Positions 45,999 to 54,758 of a stretch of DNA of 64,000 nt are shown in pieces; position 1 is the first letter of the stretch; each line of letters opens with the position of its first letter. A program made the position numbers and the translations under genes. The notes under the pieces were generated by a model. It had not been told where the DNA came from and did no database searches. It worked only from the letters and a program-made list of their open reading frames with translations. This stretch comes from Candidatus Lustribacter sp. (GTDB taxonomy: Bacteria > Vulcanimicrobiota > Vulcanimicrobiia > Vulcanimicrobiales > Vulcanimicrobiaceae): contig OZ255842.1 of the NCBI GenBank assembly GCA_965277805.1, positions 5,184,001 through 5,248,000 of the forward strand, written 5' to 3'.

Positions 45999-47233
45999 CC
46001 CTTCCGGCCGACGCCGACGTTTGGGCGCAAATCAACGCCAACTGTCAGGCTGTCGCCGCCGCCCACGAACTGATCCAGCCGGGTGAACGCTTCGCGTTGA
46101 CCGACGATCAGCGTGCGGCCATCACCGAAATCAACAGCGCGCTCGACGAAGGCAAACACGAGTTCTTGCTGCAGGCGCCGACCGGGTCCGGCAAGACCGA
46201 AGTCATGCTGCGCGTCGCCGTCGACACGATTCTCGCCGGCGACAACTACGTCGTCATCCTCGCGCCGACGCGCGACCTGATCCGTCAGCACGTCACATAC
46301 TTCACCGATCGTTTGGCCGGTACGGGCATCGGCGTCGGGCAGATCCACGGCGGCGCCGCGCCGGCCGACCGCCGCGAAGCGGAAGAAGGCCTGAAGGACG
46401 GCAGCGTCCGCGTCGTGGTCGGATCGGCGATGCTGCTGACGATCGACCGCTACTGGGACATGATCGACGCCTCCGACCTCGTCTTCATCGACGACGTCAA
46501 CGCGTTCGACGAACGCGAACATCTGCGCTTGCTCGAGGGCATCGACGCACCGATGCTCTATGCGACGGCAACGCCGAACGAGTTGAAGAGCTTCCTGATG
46601 CGCGTCGGCGCGTTCAATCGCGTCGTGCGCATGCGCAAGATGCCGTTCAACGTGCTGCCGACGAAGGTTCACAAGATCGAGGGCGTGTGGGGCGAACCGC
46701 CGCCCGAACAGCTTTCCCGCGCCGACGAACTCATTCGCGATCATCTCGGCCGCGGTTCGCGCATCTTCGTGATCGGCCGGACGCGCGGCGACGTGCCGCG
46801 CCTCGCGCAGCGGCTCGAGGAAACCTACGACCTCGACGTGCAGCAGCTGCGCGGCGATATGGCCGATACGAGCGAACAGTCCAAGCGCAATCGCCGCAGC
46901 GGTGTCAAGGTCAGCGACATCGGCACGCGCGTGGAAATGATGAACGCGTTCCGCGGGCGCGCGCCGTCGATTCTCGCCGCCACCAACCTGATCGGCAGCG
47001 GCATCGATATTCCGGCCGCCGACCTGATCGTCATCACCGACTCCGATGCGTTCGGCGAATCGGAAACCGAGCAGCTCATCGGCCGCGTCGGCCGGCGCGA
47101 ACGTCCTTCGGATGCAGTGCTGGTCACCGGCACGACGTTCGAACGCAATCCTTCGCGCGCTGCCAGCGGCCGGGCGATGACGTTCATGCCGCGCGGGATG
47201 CGCGCGAGCCGCTTCAACTACGGACGCCGGTGA
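45995..47233 (+). CDS. RecG-like SF2 mini-helicase (start ATA 45995 or TTG 46097)
   Basis: LTDDQ, QAPTGSGKT, LAPTRDL, IDDVNAF, ATATP, GIDIP and QLIGRVGR. Confidence 0.8.
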   Translation: MALPADADVWAQINANCQAVAAAHELIQPGERFALTDDQRAAITEINSALDEGKHEFLLQAPTGSGKTEVMLRVAVDTILAGDNYVVILAPTRDLIRQHVTYFTDRLAGTGIGVGQIHGGAAPADRREAEEGLKDGSVRVVVGSAMLLTIDRYWDMIDASDLVFIDDVNAFDEREHLRLLEGIDAPMLYATATPNELKSFLMRVGAFNRVVRMRKMPFNVLPTKVHKIEGVWGEPPPEQLSRADELIRDHLGRGSRIFVIGRTRGDVPRLAQRLEETYDLDVQQLRGDMADTSEQSKRNRRSGVKVSDIGTRVEMMNAFRGRAPSILAATNLIGSGIDIPAADLIVITDSDAFGESETEQLIGRVGRRERPSDAVLVTGTTFERNPSRAASGRAMTFMPRGMRASRFNYGRR

Positions 47234-48063
47234 ATTTCGGACTTCACGTACGCGTCGGCGCCGGTTACGACGAGACGATCGCCTACGCGCAGCGGCTCGG
47301 GTGCACGTCGCTGCAGTTCTTCAGCGGCAATCCCAAGACGTATCGCGTCGGCGCGATCGACACGCCGGCCCTCGAGCGCTTCTCCAGCGGCCGCAAGGCA
47401 GCGGGCATCGCGACATCCGCGATCCACACCTCGTATCTGATCAACCTCGCGAGCGAAGATCCGAAGATCGCCACCGGCTCGTTGCGCTTATTGACCAACG
47501 ATCTGCGCGTCGCGGCCGCGGGCTCGGTACCGTTCGTCAACACCCACTTGGGCTCGTACGGCAGACGCGACCGCAGCGAAGGCTTCGCGCAGGTCGTCGC
47601 CGCGCTCGAAACGGCGCTGGCCGATATCGCGCCCGGCGTGTACCTCGTGATGGAGAACTCCGCCGGCGCCGGTCAGCTCTGCGGCGGCACGATGGAAGAA
47701 CTCGGCGCGCTGATCCGCACGATCGGCCATCCGCAGCTCGCGGTGTGCCTCGATACCGCTCATTCGTGGGCGGCCGGCTACGACATCGACTCGCCCGCCG
47801 GCGTCGACCGGTTCTTCGACCTGGTCGAGCGTGAGATCTGTCTCGACCGCGTCGTGATGTTCCACTTCAACGATACCGAAATTCCGCTTGGCGGACACAA
47901 GGACCGCCACTGGCATATCGGCGAGGGACTCATCGGCCTGGCCGGATTCCGCGCCATCGCCGGACACGCCGGAGTGAAGGGCAAAACCGCAATCCTCGAA
48001 ACCCCCGGCGAAGAACCCGACGACGTCCGCAACATGGAACGCATCCGCTCGCTCTTTAACTAG
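47230..48063 (+). CDS. nfo: Endonuclease IV
   Basis: HTSYLINLAS, ENSAG, CLDTAH, HFND and DRHWHIGEG. Confidence 0.93.
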   Translation: MNFGLHVRVGAGYDETIAYAQRLGCTSLQFFSGNPKTYRVGAIDTPALERFSSGRKAAGIATSAIHTSYLINLASEDPKIATGSLRLLTNDLRVAAAGSVPFVNTHLGSYGRRDRSEGFAQVVAALETALADIAPGVYLVMENSAGAGQLCGGTMEELGALIRTIGHPQLAVCLDTAHSWAAGYDIDSPAGVDRFFDLVEREICLDRVVMFHFNDTEIPLGGHKDRHWHIGEGLIGLAGFRAIAGHAGVKGKTAILETPGEEPDDVRNMERIRSLFN

Positions 48064-48078
48064 CGTTTAGGGGTTGCG

Positions 48079-49119
48079 GTGATTTTGCACTTCGACCTCG
48101 ATGCGTTCTATGCGTCGGTCGCCCAGCGTGACGATCCGAGTCTGCGCGGCATTCCGCTCGCGATCTCGGGGTCGAGCCGCCGCGCGGTGGTGCTCACCGC
48201 GTCGTACGAAGCGCGGCCGTTCGGCGTGCGTTCCGCGATGCCGCTCTACCGTGCGCTCGAACTGTGCCCGCAGCTCACGGTGGTGCGCCCCGAGTTCCCC
48301 CGTTACCGGGAAGCCTCCGACCGCGTCTTCGCGATCTTCGAAGACGGCTCGACGGCGGTCGAGGGTCTCTCGCTCGACGAGGCGTTCGTCGCGCTCGCGG
48401 ATTCCTCGCTCGAAGCCGCGGTCGCGTTTGCCGAACGCGTGCGCGAGCGCGTGCGCAACGAGGTCGGCCTCACGTGCAGCGCCGGCGTCGCGACGGTGAA
48501 GATGGTTGCGAAGATCGCTTCCGATGCGAACAAGCCCGACGGCCTCACGGTCGTTCCCCCGGGCACCGAGCGGGAGTTTCTCGCGCCGCTGCGCGTCGGC
48601 GCGCTGTGGGGCATCGGCCCGAAGACCTTGCCGCGCGTCGAAGCGGCGGGCGTGCGCACGATCGGCGACGTGGCCGCACTCGACGATGCGGCGTGTTACC
48701 GCATCTTCGGACGCGGCGGCACGTTCTATCGCGATCTTGCCAACGGGATCGACGACCGGGTCGTCGATCCCGTCCGCGAACGCAAGTCGATCTCGAGCGA
48801 AGAAACCTTCGAGTACGACGTGCGCGACGAAGCACGCATCCTCGCGCTCCTGCGCGAGCAGTCCGAAGAACTGAGCGAGGGCCTGAAGAAACGCGACATG
48901 CGCGCGCAGACCGTCGGCATCAAGATCAAACGCAGCGACTTCACCGTTACCGGCAAGCAGACGACGCTCACCGTGCCGACCAACGACGCCGACACGATCC
49001 GCGCCGCCGCCGAATGGTGCTGGAACCGGTCCGGCCTCAAAGGCGTCCCGATCCGACTCCTTGGCACGCGCGTCGCATCGCTCACGATCGGCGAAGAACG
49101 CGAGATGCGGCTGTTCTGA
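48079..49119 (+). CDS. dinB: DNA polymerase IV
   Basis: HFDLDAFYASV, SYEARPFGVRSAMP, SLDEAF and KPDG. Confidence 0.95.
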   Translation: MILHFDLDAFYASVAQRDDPSLRGIPLAISGSSRRAVVLTASYEARPFGVRSAMPLYRALELCPQLTVVRPEFPRYREASDRVFAIFEDGSTAVEGLSLDEAFVALADSSLEAAVAFAERVRERVRNEVGLTCSAGVATVKMVAKIASDANKPDGLTVVPPGTEREFLAPLRVGALWGIGPKTLPRVEAAGVRTIGDVAALDDAACYRIFGRGGTFYRDLANGIDDRVVDPVRERKSISSEETFEYDVRDEARILALLREQSEELSEGLKKRDMRAQTVGIKIKRSDFTVTGKQTTLTVPTNDADTIRAAAEWCWNRSGLKGVPIRLLGTRVASLTIGEEREMRLF

Positions 49120-51784
49120 TAGCGGGGCCATGTTCGCGCAGGCGTTGCTGCAGTGTTTCCAATGAGCCGGGCCTTGCCAATAAGTAGCCTTGACCCAGCC
49201 GGCAACCATGGTCTAAAAGCCAGCGCAACTGCTCTTCGGTTTCGATGCCTTCCGCGAGCGTCGTGAGGCCGAAACGGTTCGTTAGCTGCAGCAACAGTTC
49301 CGTAATGGCGCCGTCGTGTTCGTCGTGAGGTAGCCCGATCACGAACGAGCGGTCGATCTTTATGACGTCTACGATGAGCTGCTTCAGATACGATAGTGAT
49401 GAATGCCCGGTGCCGAAATCGTCAATCGCGACGGATAAGCCCCACTTCCGAAGCAGGCTAATCGTGTGCATTGCTCCGTCAATGTTCTGCATCGCGGTCG
49501 TTTCCGTCATTTCGACACCCAAATGTGCTGCGAGTCCCGGTGCCGCACGCAGTGCCTCGTTCAAGTCCGCGATAAACGTGAAATCGTCGAGCGTCTGCGC
49601 CGCGACGTTGAAATATACACGAAAACCACTCGGGAGTACGACACCCCCGGTGAAATCACGTATGAGCCGCTGGAGTACCCACCGAGTCAAAGGATTGATC
49701 AATCCGTTACGCTCGGCGGTTGGAATGAATTCTGCCGGCAAGAGCCGGCCCCGCTCCGGATGATCCCAGCGAACCAAGGCTTCGGCGCCGGTAACCGTCC
49801 GCGTTGCTAAGTCGAACGTCGGCTGATACACGAGCGCGAGCTGATCACCAGCGATGGCGTCGGCGAGCTCCACAAGGCGCACGCGCGATTCTTCCAAGAT
49901 CGTTTCCATCGAATGGTCGAAGGAGACGGTCGTCGAGCCATTGCGGGCCTTCGCGACACTGAGTGCCACGTCGGCCCGGCGCATCAGTTCCTCGGGAGTC
50001 GTCCCGTCTTCGGGAAAGCTCGCAGAGCCGATCGATGCTCCGACTTTGAGCATGCGCGTCCCTTCGCGATCGCCCGTGTGAAACGGCGTATGAAACTGTT
50101 CGGCATATTTTTCAAGCGCGCTTGCGGTCGAAGCCGGGGTTTCTACACCGGATAGGAGGACTCCGAATTCGTCGCCATTCATGCGCGCGACGAGATCGTT
50201 TGCATTGACGGCTGCAAGAGTCATGGCGATCTCCACCAGGACTTCGTCGCCGAGCATGTGTCCATGACGTTCATTGATTTGGCGAAATGCGTCGAGGTTG
50301 ATGAATGCCAGCGTGAACCGGTTCTTGCGATTTAGCTCGTTGCGGATAGCATTTCTAAATTGTGCCCGATTGTGAAGTCCCGTAAGCGCATCGTGCTCGA
50401 TCTGAAACTGAATGCGTTCGAACTGCAGTGCCTCGGAAAATCGCGTCGCAAAGAATGAGGCGACGACGTCGATGTATGCTTTGTCGTCTTCGGCGAACGG
50501 CCGATCCGTCATCGGCTCAGGGGAACCGAAACTGAGGAAATACGTCTTGCGGCCGATCGTTACCGTCGTTCCGATATAGCTCTGCCAGCCGGCTTCACTC
50601 CAGGCCTTTCCGTCGCCGTTCATGACCGTCAGATCGTCCCAGGCGGTCGTACGGGTTTCGGTTAGTAGAAGGGCGCTCATCGTGTTTTTCAGTGCGAACG
50701 TCGCGCCTGGAAAGATCGAGTCCATGAAACGCTGCGTATGCGGTTCGGATGCACTCCACGACGTTGCGTCAACGATGACTTGTTGATCGTCAAGGTGTGA
50801 AAGGCAGCCGAACATCGCTTTGCCCGGTCGAATTGCAATCGTTGCGGTCTGTAAGATCGCATCGAACGCGAGTGCTGAGGGCCCCCCCTTCGACGCAATA
50901 GCCCAAATCGCCCGAATCCGGTCTGCACGCAACGATGCCTCGTGGGCAAGCTGCTTGGAGGCCAATTCTGCGCCGTGGAGCTCGATACGTGCGTCTATGA
51001 GCGCGCGCATAGCGGACCACAAGACGAACGAGGCTCCAAACAAGAGCAAGACTCGCCCGACGTAGTATGACCCGCTATAGCGATGCCCCCCCGCCAGAAA
51101 CAACGTGAACTCAAACGTGATGGCGAGCAGCGAAAATGCCAGCGAGCGTTCGATCGTCGTCGGGCCCGCGATTCCGACGGCAAGCCATGTGGCGAGGCCG
51201 AGCAGGAGCACGGTGGCCGGTCCCACTCCGGTCGACATGAGGCGGGCGACCGATGCGTGCGAGGCTAGCGCCGGTAGACGGTCGACCCAGACAAAGGCGG
51301 TGGCAACTGCCAAGGCAACCACCGCAGTCGCGATGCTGGTCGCAGCCACGGTAAAACGCTTCGAAGGATGCCCGGCATCATCGCGCCGGCGAAATACGAC
51401 ATAGGAGAGGGCCCCGGCGCTCGCGACCACGTGCCAAAAAACGTAAAGCCAGATTCCCGTTTGCTCTGAAACGTCCAGCATTGGTGCATTTTCCGGCATC
51501 AACGGCAGTGTTGCCATCGCCAGAAGTAAGATTATCGCGCACGCACCGAACGAGAGGCCGAGCACGAACGTCGAACGCTTGCCGGACGCATAGCGCCAAG
51601 TCGAAAGCAGGACGAAAGCCGTTGCAGCGTCGCCGACTACCGCCATTGCGTAAGCGATGGGCGCCAGACCGGCTAAACGAAGGATCGGAGTGTTCGGAGA
51701 AACCGCGCCGGCGACGGCGAACGCGACGATGCACGCCGCCAATAGAAGGCTGTGGCGGCTGTTTACCGCCAGCTTAAAAAACAC
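49082..51784 (-). CDS. Membrane (MASE4-like) GAF-like GGDEF-EAL protein, probable c-di-GMP phosphodiesterase
   Basis: Multi-TM N-terminus with WLYVFWH, degenerate NGDEF, intact EALVRW, DDFGTG, KIDRSF and EGIET. Confidence 0.88.
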   Translation of the reverse strand: MFFKLAVNSRHSLLLAACIVAFAVAGAVSPNTPILRLAGLAPIAYAMAVVGDAATAFVLLSTWRYASGKRSTFVLGLSFGACAIILLLAMATLPLMPENAPMLDVSEQTGIWLYVFWHVVASAGALSYVVFRRRDDAGHPSKRFTVAATSIATAVVALAVATAFVWVDRLPALASHASVARLMSTGVGPATVLLLGLATWLAVGIAGPTTIERSLAFSLLAITFEFTLFLAGGHRYSGSYYVGRVLLLFGASFVLWSAMRALIDARIELHGAELASKQLAHEASLRADRIRAIWAIASKGGPSALAFDAILQTATIAIRPGKAMFGCLSHLDDQQVIVDATSWSASEPHTQRFMDSIFPGATFALKNTMSALLLTETRTTAWDDLTVMNGDGKAWSEAGWQSYIGTTVTIGRKTYFLSFGSPEPMTDRPFAEDDKAYIDVVASFFATRFSEALQFERIQFQIEHDALTGLHNRAQFRNAIRNELNRKNRFTLAFINLDAFRQINERHGHMLGDEVLVEIAMTLAAVNANDLVARMNGDEFGVLLSGVETPASTASALEKYAEQFHTPFHTGDREGTRMLKVGASIGSASFPEDGTTPEELMRRADVALSVAKARNGSTTVSFDHSMETILEESRVRLVELADAIAGDQLALVYQPTFDLATRTVTGAEALVRWDHPERGRLLPAEFIPTAERNGLINPLTRWVLQRLIRDFTGGVVLPSGFRVYFNVAAQTLDDFTFIADLNEALRAAPGLAAHLGVEMTETTAMQNIDGAMHTISLLRKWGLSVAIDDFGTGHSSLSYLKQLIVDVIKIDRSFVIGLPHDEHDGAITELLLQLTNRFGLTTLAEGIETEEQLRWLLDHGCRLGQGYLLARPGSLETLQQRLREHGPAIRTAASRVLRRS

Positions 51785-51925
51785 GGTCCCCCGTCTCGCG
51801 CGAAACTCAGTGCGTCAAAAGAGAACCGACGAACCGATCTATCGAGCGTCCACCCATTTCAGGCTACCATACAATTTACTGATCCTTGGAGCGTTAGCGT
51901 ACGCAAGCAGCGTTTCACAGGCTCC

Positions 51926-53044
51926 CTACAGGCCCCAGGGCCACGGGAAGCCGATCGTCAGCGCGCCTTCGAGGGTGGTGGCGCCGTTGAACGTGTGCTT
52001 GTTCTCGATCAGCAGCCGCGCGTGACGGCCGAGTTGCGTGGCGGCGTAGATTACGACATCGCGCGTCGCCGTCGGCGTCGCCGCGGAGTCATACCGCGTG
52101 CCGAGATAGGCATGATTGCCGAGGGCATAGCGGATGCGCGCGAAGCCGCCGCTCGAACCGAACGCCGTTCCGAAACCGTCGGCATCCGCATCGTGGCCCC
52201 ACCACTGCTCGGTGAGCATGCTCCAATGCGCGCGATGGAGATCGAGTCCCACCGCATCGCGCCGGTAGCCGTCGAGAAACGCGCCGGTGCCGCTCGGGAA
52301 GATCTCGCGCGAGCCCTCCATGGCATCGCCGCTAAGGGTCGCCCAATCGGTGACCGGCGTGCGCACGAACAAGCCGATTTCGGGCCGGCCGGCGCGCGTG
52401 TTGATCCCGGTGTTGATCGGTGCGCCGCCGTATGCTGCGCCTTTGAATTCGCCGACCGCGAAGGTACCGTCGATCACGGTGCTGCCTGCGTGTTGCTCGA
52501 CCTCGACACCTAGGCGCGGTTGCGCGAGCGTGAGATCGTTGAGCCCGACGTGTGAGCCTTCGTAGCCGTAAGTGGCCAAGTCGTCGAGTCGTTGACCCGG
52601 TGAGTGAATCAGCGGTAATTCGTAGAGGCCGGTGCGGATCAACGTTTTGGAATGCTGCAGATACGTTGCCGCGTAGGCGAGATAGGCACCCGACGGTCCG
52701 CCCTGCGCGCCGAGGTTGTAGTGCAGAAAGAGGCTGATGCGGCCGACGTCGGCGTTGGAAAGGAGCACGCCGCCCGGCACCAACGGGCGCGCACCCGGAG
52801 CCGGATCGCGATCGTCTTCGAGCTGGTAGCGGAACGCAATCCCCGTCGTGCCGTGTTTACGAATCGGCAGTTGATAGCCGTGGTCGCGAAACGCGTTGCC
52901 GAACGCGTTGAGTTCGGGCAGCACGCTGTGGCAGGCTTCGCACTTCATCTGATAGCGTTGCGCGAAGAGTGGAATCGCCGCTGCGGGCTGCGGTGCGCAT
53001 ACCGCGAACAACACGAGCGCTGCGAGCAGAAGTCTACTGAACAA
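51926..53044 (-). CDS. Cyc2-like monoheme cytochrome c - porin fusion
   Basis: Signal peptide, then AIPLFAQRY-x3-CEACH-x3-PEL-x3-G-x2-F-x3-GY, followed by about 300 aa with beta-strand-like alternation. Confidence 0.72.
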   Translation of the reverse strand: MFSRLLLAALVLFAVCAPQPAAAIPLFAQRYQMKCEACHSVLPELNAFGNAFRDHGYQLPIRKHGTTGIAFRYQLEDDRDPAPGARPLVPGGVLLSNADVGRISLFLHYNLGAQGGPSGAYLAYAATYLQHSKTLIRTGLYELPLIHSPGQRLDDLATYGYEGSHVGLNDLTLAQPRLGVEVEQHAGSTVIDGTFAVGEFKGAAYGGAPINTGINTRAGRPEIGLFVRTPVTDWATLSGDAMEGSREIFPSGTGAFLDGYRRDAVGLDLHRAHWSMLTEQWWGHDADADGFGTAFGSSGGFARIRYALGNHAYLGTRYDSAATPTATRDVVIYAATQLGRHARLLIENKHTFNGATTLEGALTIGFPWPWGL

Positions 53045-53468
53045 CGATTTCGCCCCGCATCGGATGGCCGTAGTGAAAGAAACAACCGAACAAATACGTA
53101 CCGGGCTGGTCGGCCGTAAACACCGGCGACGCCGCGCCGGCTTGCAGCGTGCCGCTGCTCCAGCCGGCAGAGAGCGCCGAACCCGACGCGGTCAGCGCCG
53201 AGCCGTCGAACGGTGATGCGGCTGGAAACGTCGAGCCGGCGATCGACGTCGCGGTGTGCGCGAACGAATCGGTGTTGACGAACTGTACGTGCGTTCCGAC
53301 AGCGACCGTCAGCACGTCGGGAGAATAGCCGTTCATGAACGACGTCAGGTTAACGGAAATTGTCTGCGCGTTTGCAGCGCCGGCGCCGCTGCCGGCTGAC
53401 GGCGCACCGAAGGTGCAACCGCTCAATGCAACGACGAGGACGAGTGCCGAAAGCCGGTGCGCGTTCAC
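53034..53468 (-). CDS. Cupredoxin (type-1 copper) lipoprotein
   Basis: Lipobox LSGC; HTATS ... CFFHYGHPM (H, C-x2-H-x4-M). Confidence 0.88.
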   Translation of the reverse strand: MNAHRLSALVLVVALSGCTFGAPSAGSGAGAANAQTISVNLTSFMNGYSPDVLTVAVGTHVQFVNTDSFAHTATSIAGSTFPAASPFDGSALTASGSALSAGWSSGTLQAGAASPVFTADQPGTYLFGCFFHYGHPMRGEIVVQ

Positions 53469-53563
53469 GCCGCCATGATAAAGTCGTTCGCTTGAAAAAG
53501 GACTGAACGCGAGCACGCGCTGCGTTCAGGCATCGTTCAACCAAGCATTGTAGGCTCGGTTGC

Positions 53564-54178
53564 ATGAAACGTTTAGGACTTCTCGCAGCATGTGCGGGGC
53601 TTTCAGTCGTGGTTGCGGCATGCGGCGGCGGCAGCGGCGGTAGCGGCGCCTCCACTGCGCTCACGACCCCGATCCCAACCGCGACGCCTGCATCGCAAAC
53701 GACGGCGACCCCGCAACAAATCGAGATGGCGCTGCCGGGCGGTACCGGCATCGGTACGGAAACCGATCCGACATTCGGCGCGATCGCCGGCTACACGCAG
53801 CAAACGTACTCGCAAGTTCTGGCGTTCGTGCCGGGTGCGCAAATCATGATCGTCAACGGTCAAGCCGCATCGAGCGCGACGCCGCACACGCTCAACGTTC
53901 TTTCGCAAACTTCGTTTCCGGCGAATCCGACGTTGACGACGACCGCCGCCGGTGGATCGACGATCGCCGCCGGGTTCCAAACCGGCGTCGTTGCCGCGGG
54001 AACCACGGTCGGGCCGTTCACATTGACGGCCGGCCTCTACTATATCGGGTGCGGCTTCCACTATCTCTCGAACGGCATGCGAACGGTGCTTGACGTTGCG
54101 GTGGCGGCGACGCCCGGCCCGCAAGCGACGCCGGTGCCGACGCAAGCGGTCCTGCCGAACAACCCCTACGGCTACTGA
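53564..54178 (+). CDS. Cupredoxin-like (type-1 copper) lipoprotein
   Basis: Lipobox VAAC; PHTLN ... CGFHYLSNGM (H, C-x2-H-x5-M). Confidence 0.8.
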   Translation: MKRLGLLAACAGLSVVVAACGGGSGGSGASTALTTPIPTATPASQTTATPQQIEMALPGGTGIGTETDPTFGAIAGYTQQTYSQVLAFVPGAQIMIVNGQAASSATPHTLNVLSQTSFPANPTLTTTAAGGSTIAAGFQTGVVAAGTTVGPFTLTAGLYYIGCGFHYLSNGMRTVLDVAVAATPGPQATPVPTQAVLPNNPYGY

Positions 54179-54726
54179 TGCGCCGGCTCGCAAAGTTCGC
54201 GCTGCTCGTCGCGTTCCTCGGCACGCTCGCTGCGCCCGCAGCGAGCGCTGCGGCGGGACGCGCGGTCGGTGACATTCCCCTGGTCGATCAGTCCGGCGTG
54301 CCGTTTCACTTGAGCGAACTCGTCGGGCGTCCGGCGGCGATCACGTTCTTTGCTACGCGCTGCCAAGATACATGCCCGATCGTCAACGCGGTGTTTGCGC
54401 GCCTGTCGCGCGCGTCGCTGCACGCGCGGCTGGTGACGATCTCGCTCGATCCCGGCTACGACACGCCGTTCGTCATCGCGAATTACGCCCGTGCGCTGCA
54501 AGCACGCACGCCCGCGTGGCACTTCGTCACCGGCAAACCGGCCGACGTCGCGAGCGTGCTCGCGGCCTTCGGCGTCGTGCTCGAGAAGGGTTCCGACGGC
54601 ATTCCGGATGCGCACAGCGACATGATCTACATTCTCGACCATCGGGGCCAGCTCGCGAACACGGTTCCGCTCTCGACGCATTCGTTCGCCGATCTCCGGA
54701 GCGCGTTGACGAAGCCTTCGCTCTAG
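54178..54726 (+). CDS. SCO family copper chaperone
   Basis: CQDTCP (CxxxC), ISLDPGYDT and conserved His (AHSD). Confidence 0.9.
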   Translation: MRRLAKFALLVAFLGTLAAPAASAAAGRAVGDIPLVDQSGVPFHLSELVGRPAAITFFATRCQDTCPIVNAVFARLSRASLHARLVTISLDPGYDTPFVIANYARALQARTPAWHFVTGKPADVASVLAAFGVVLEKGSDGIPDAHSDMIYILDHRGQLANTVPLSTHSFADLRSALTKPSL

Positions 54727-54758
54727 GAGTCTTCCGGCGACATCGGAAAGCGCCGGAA

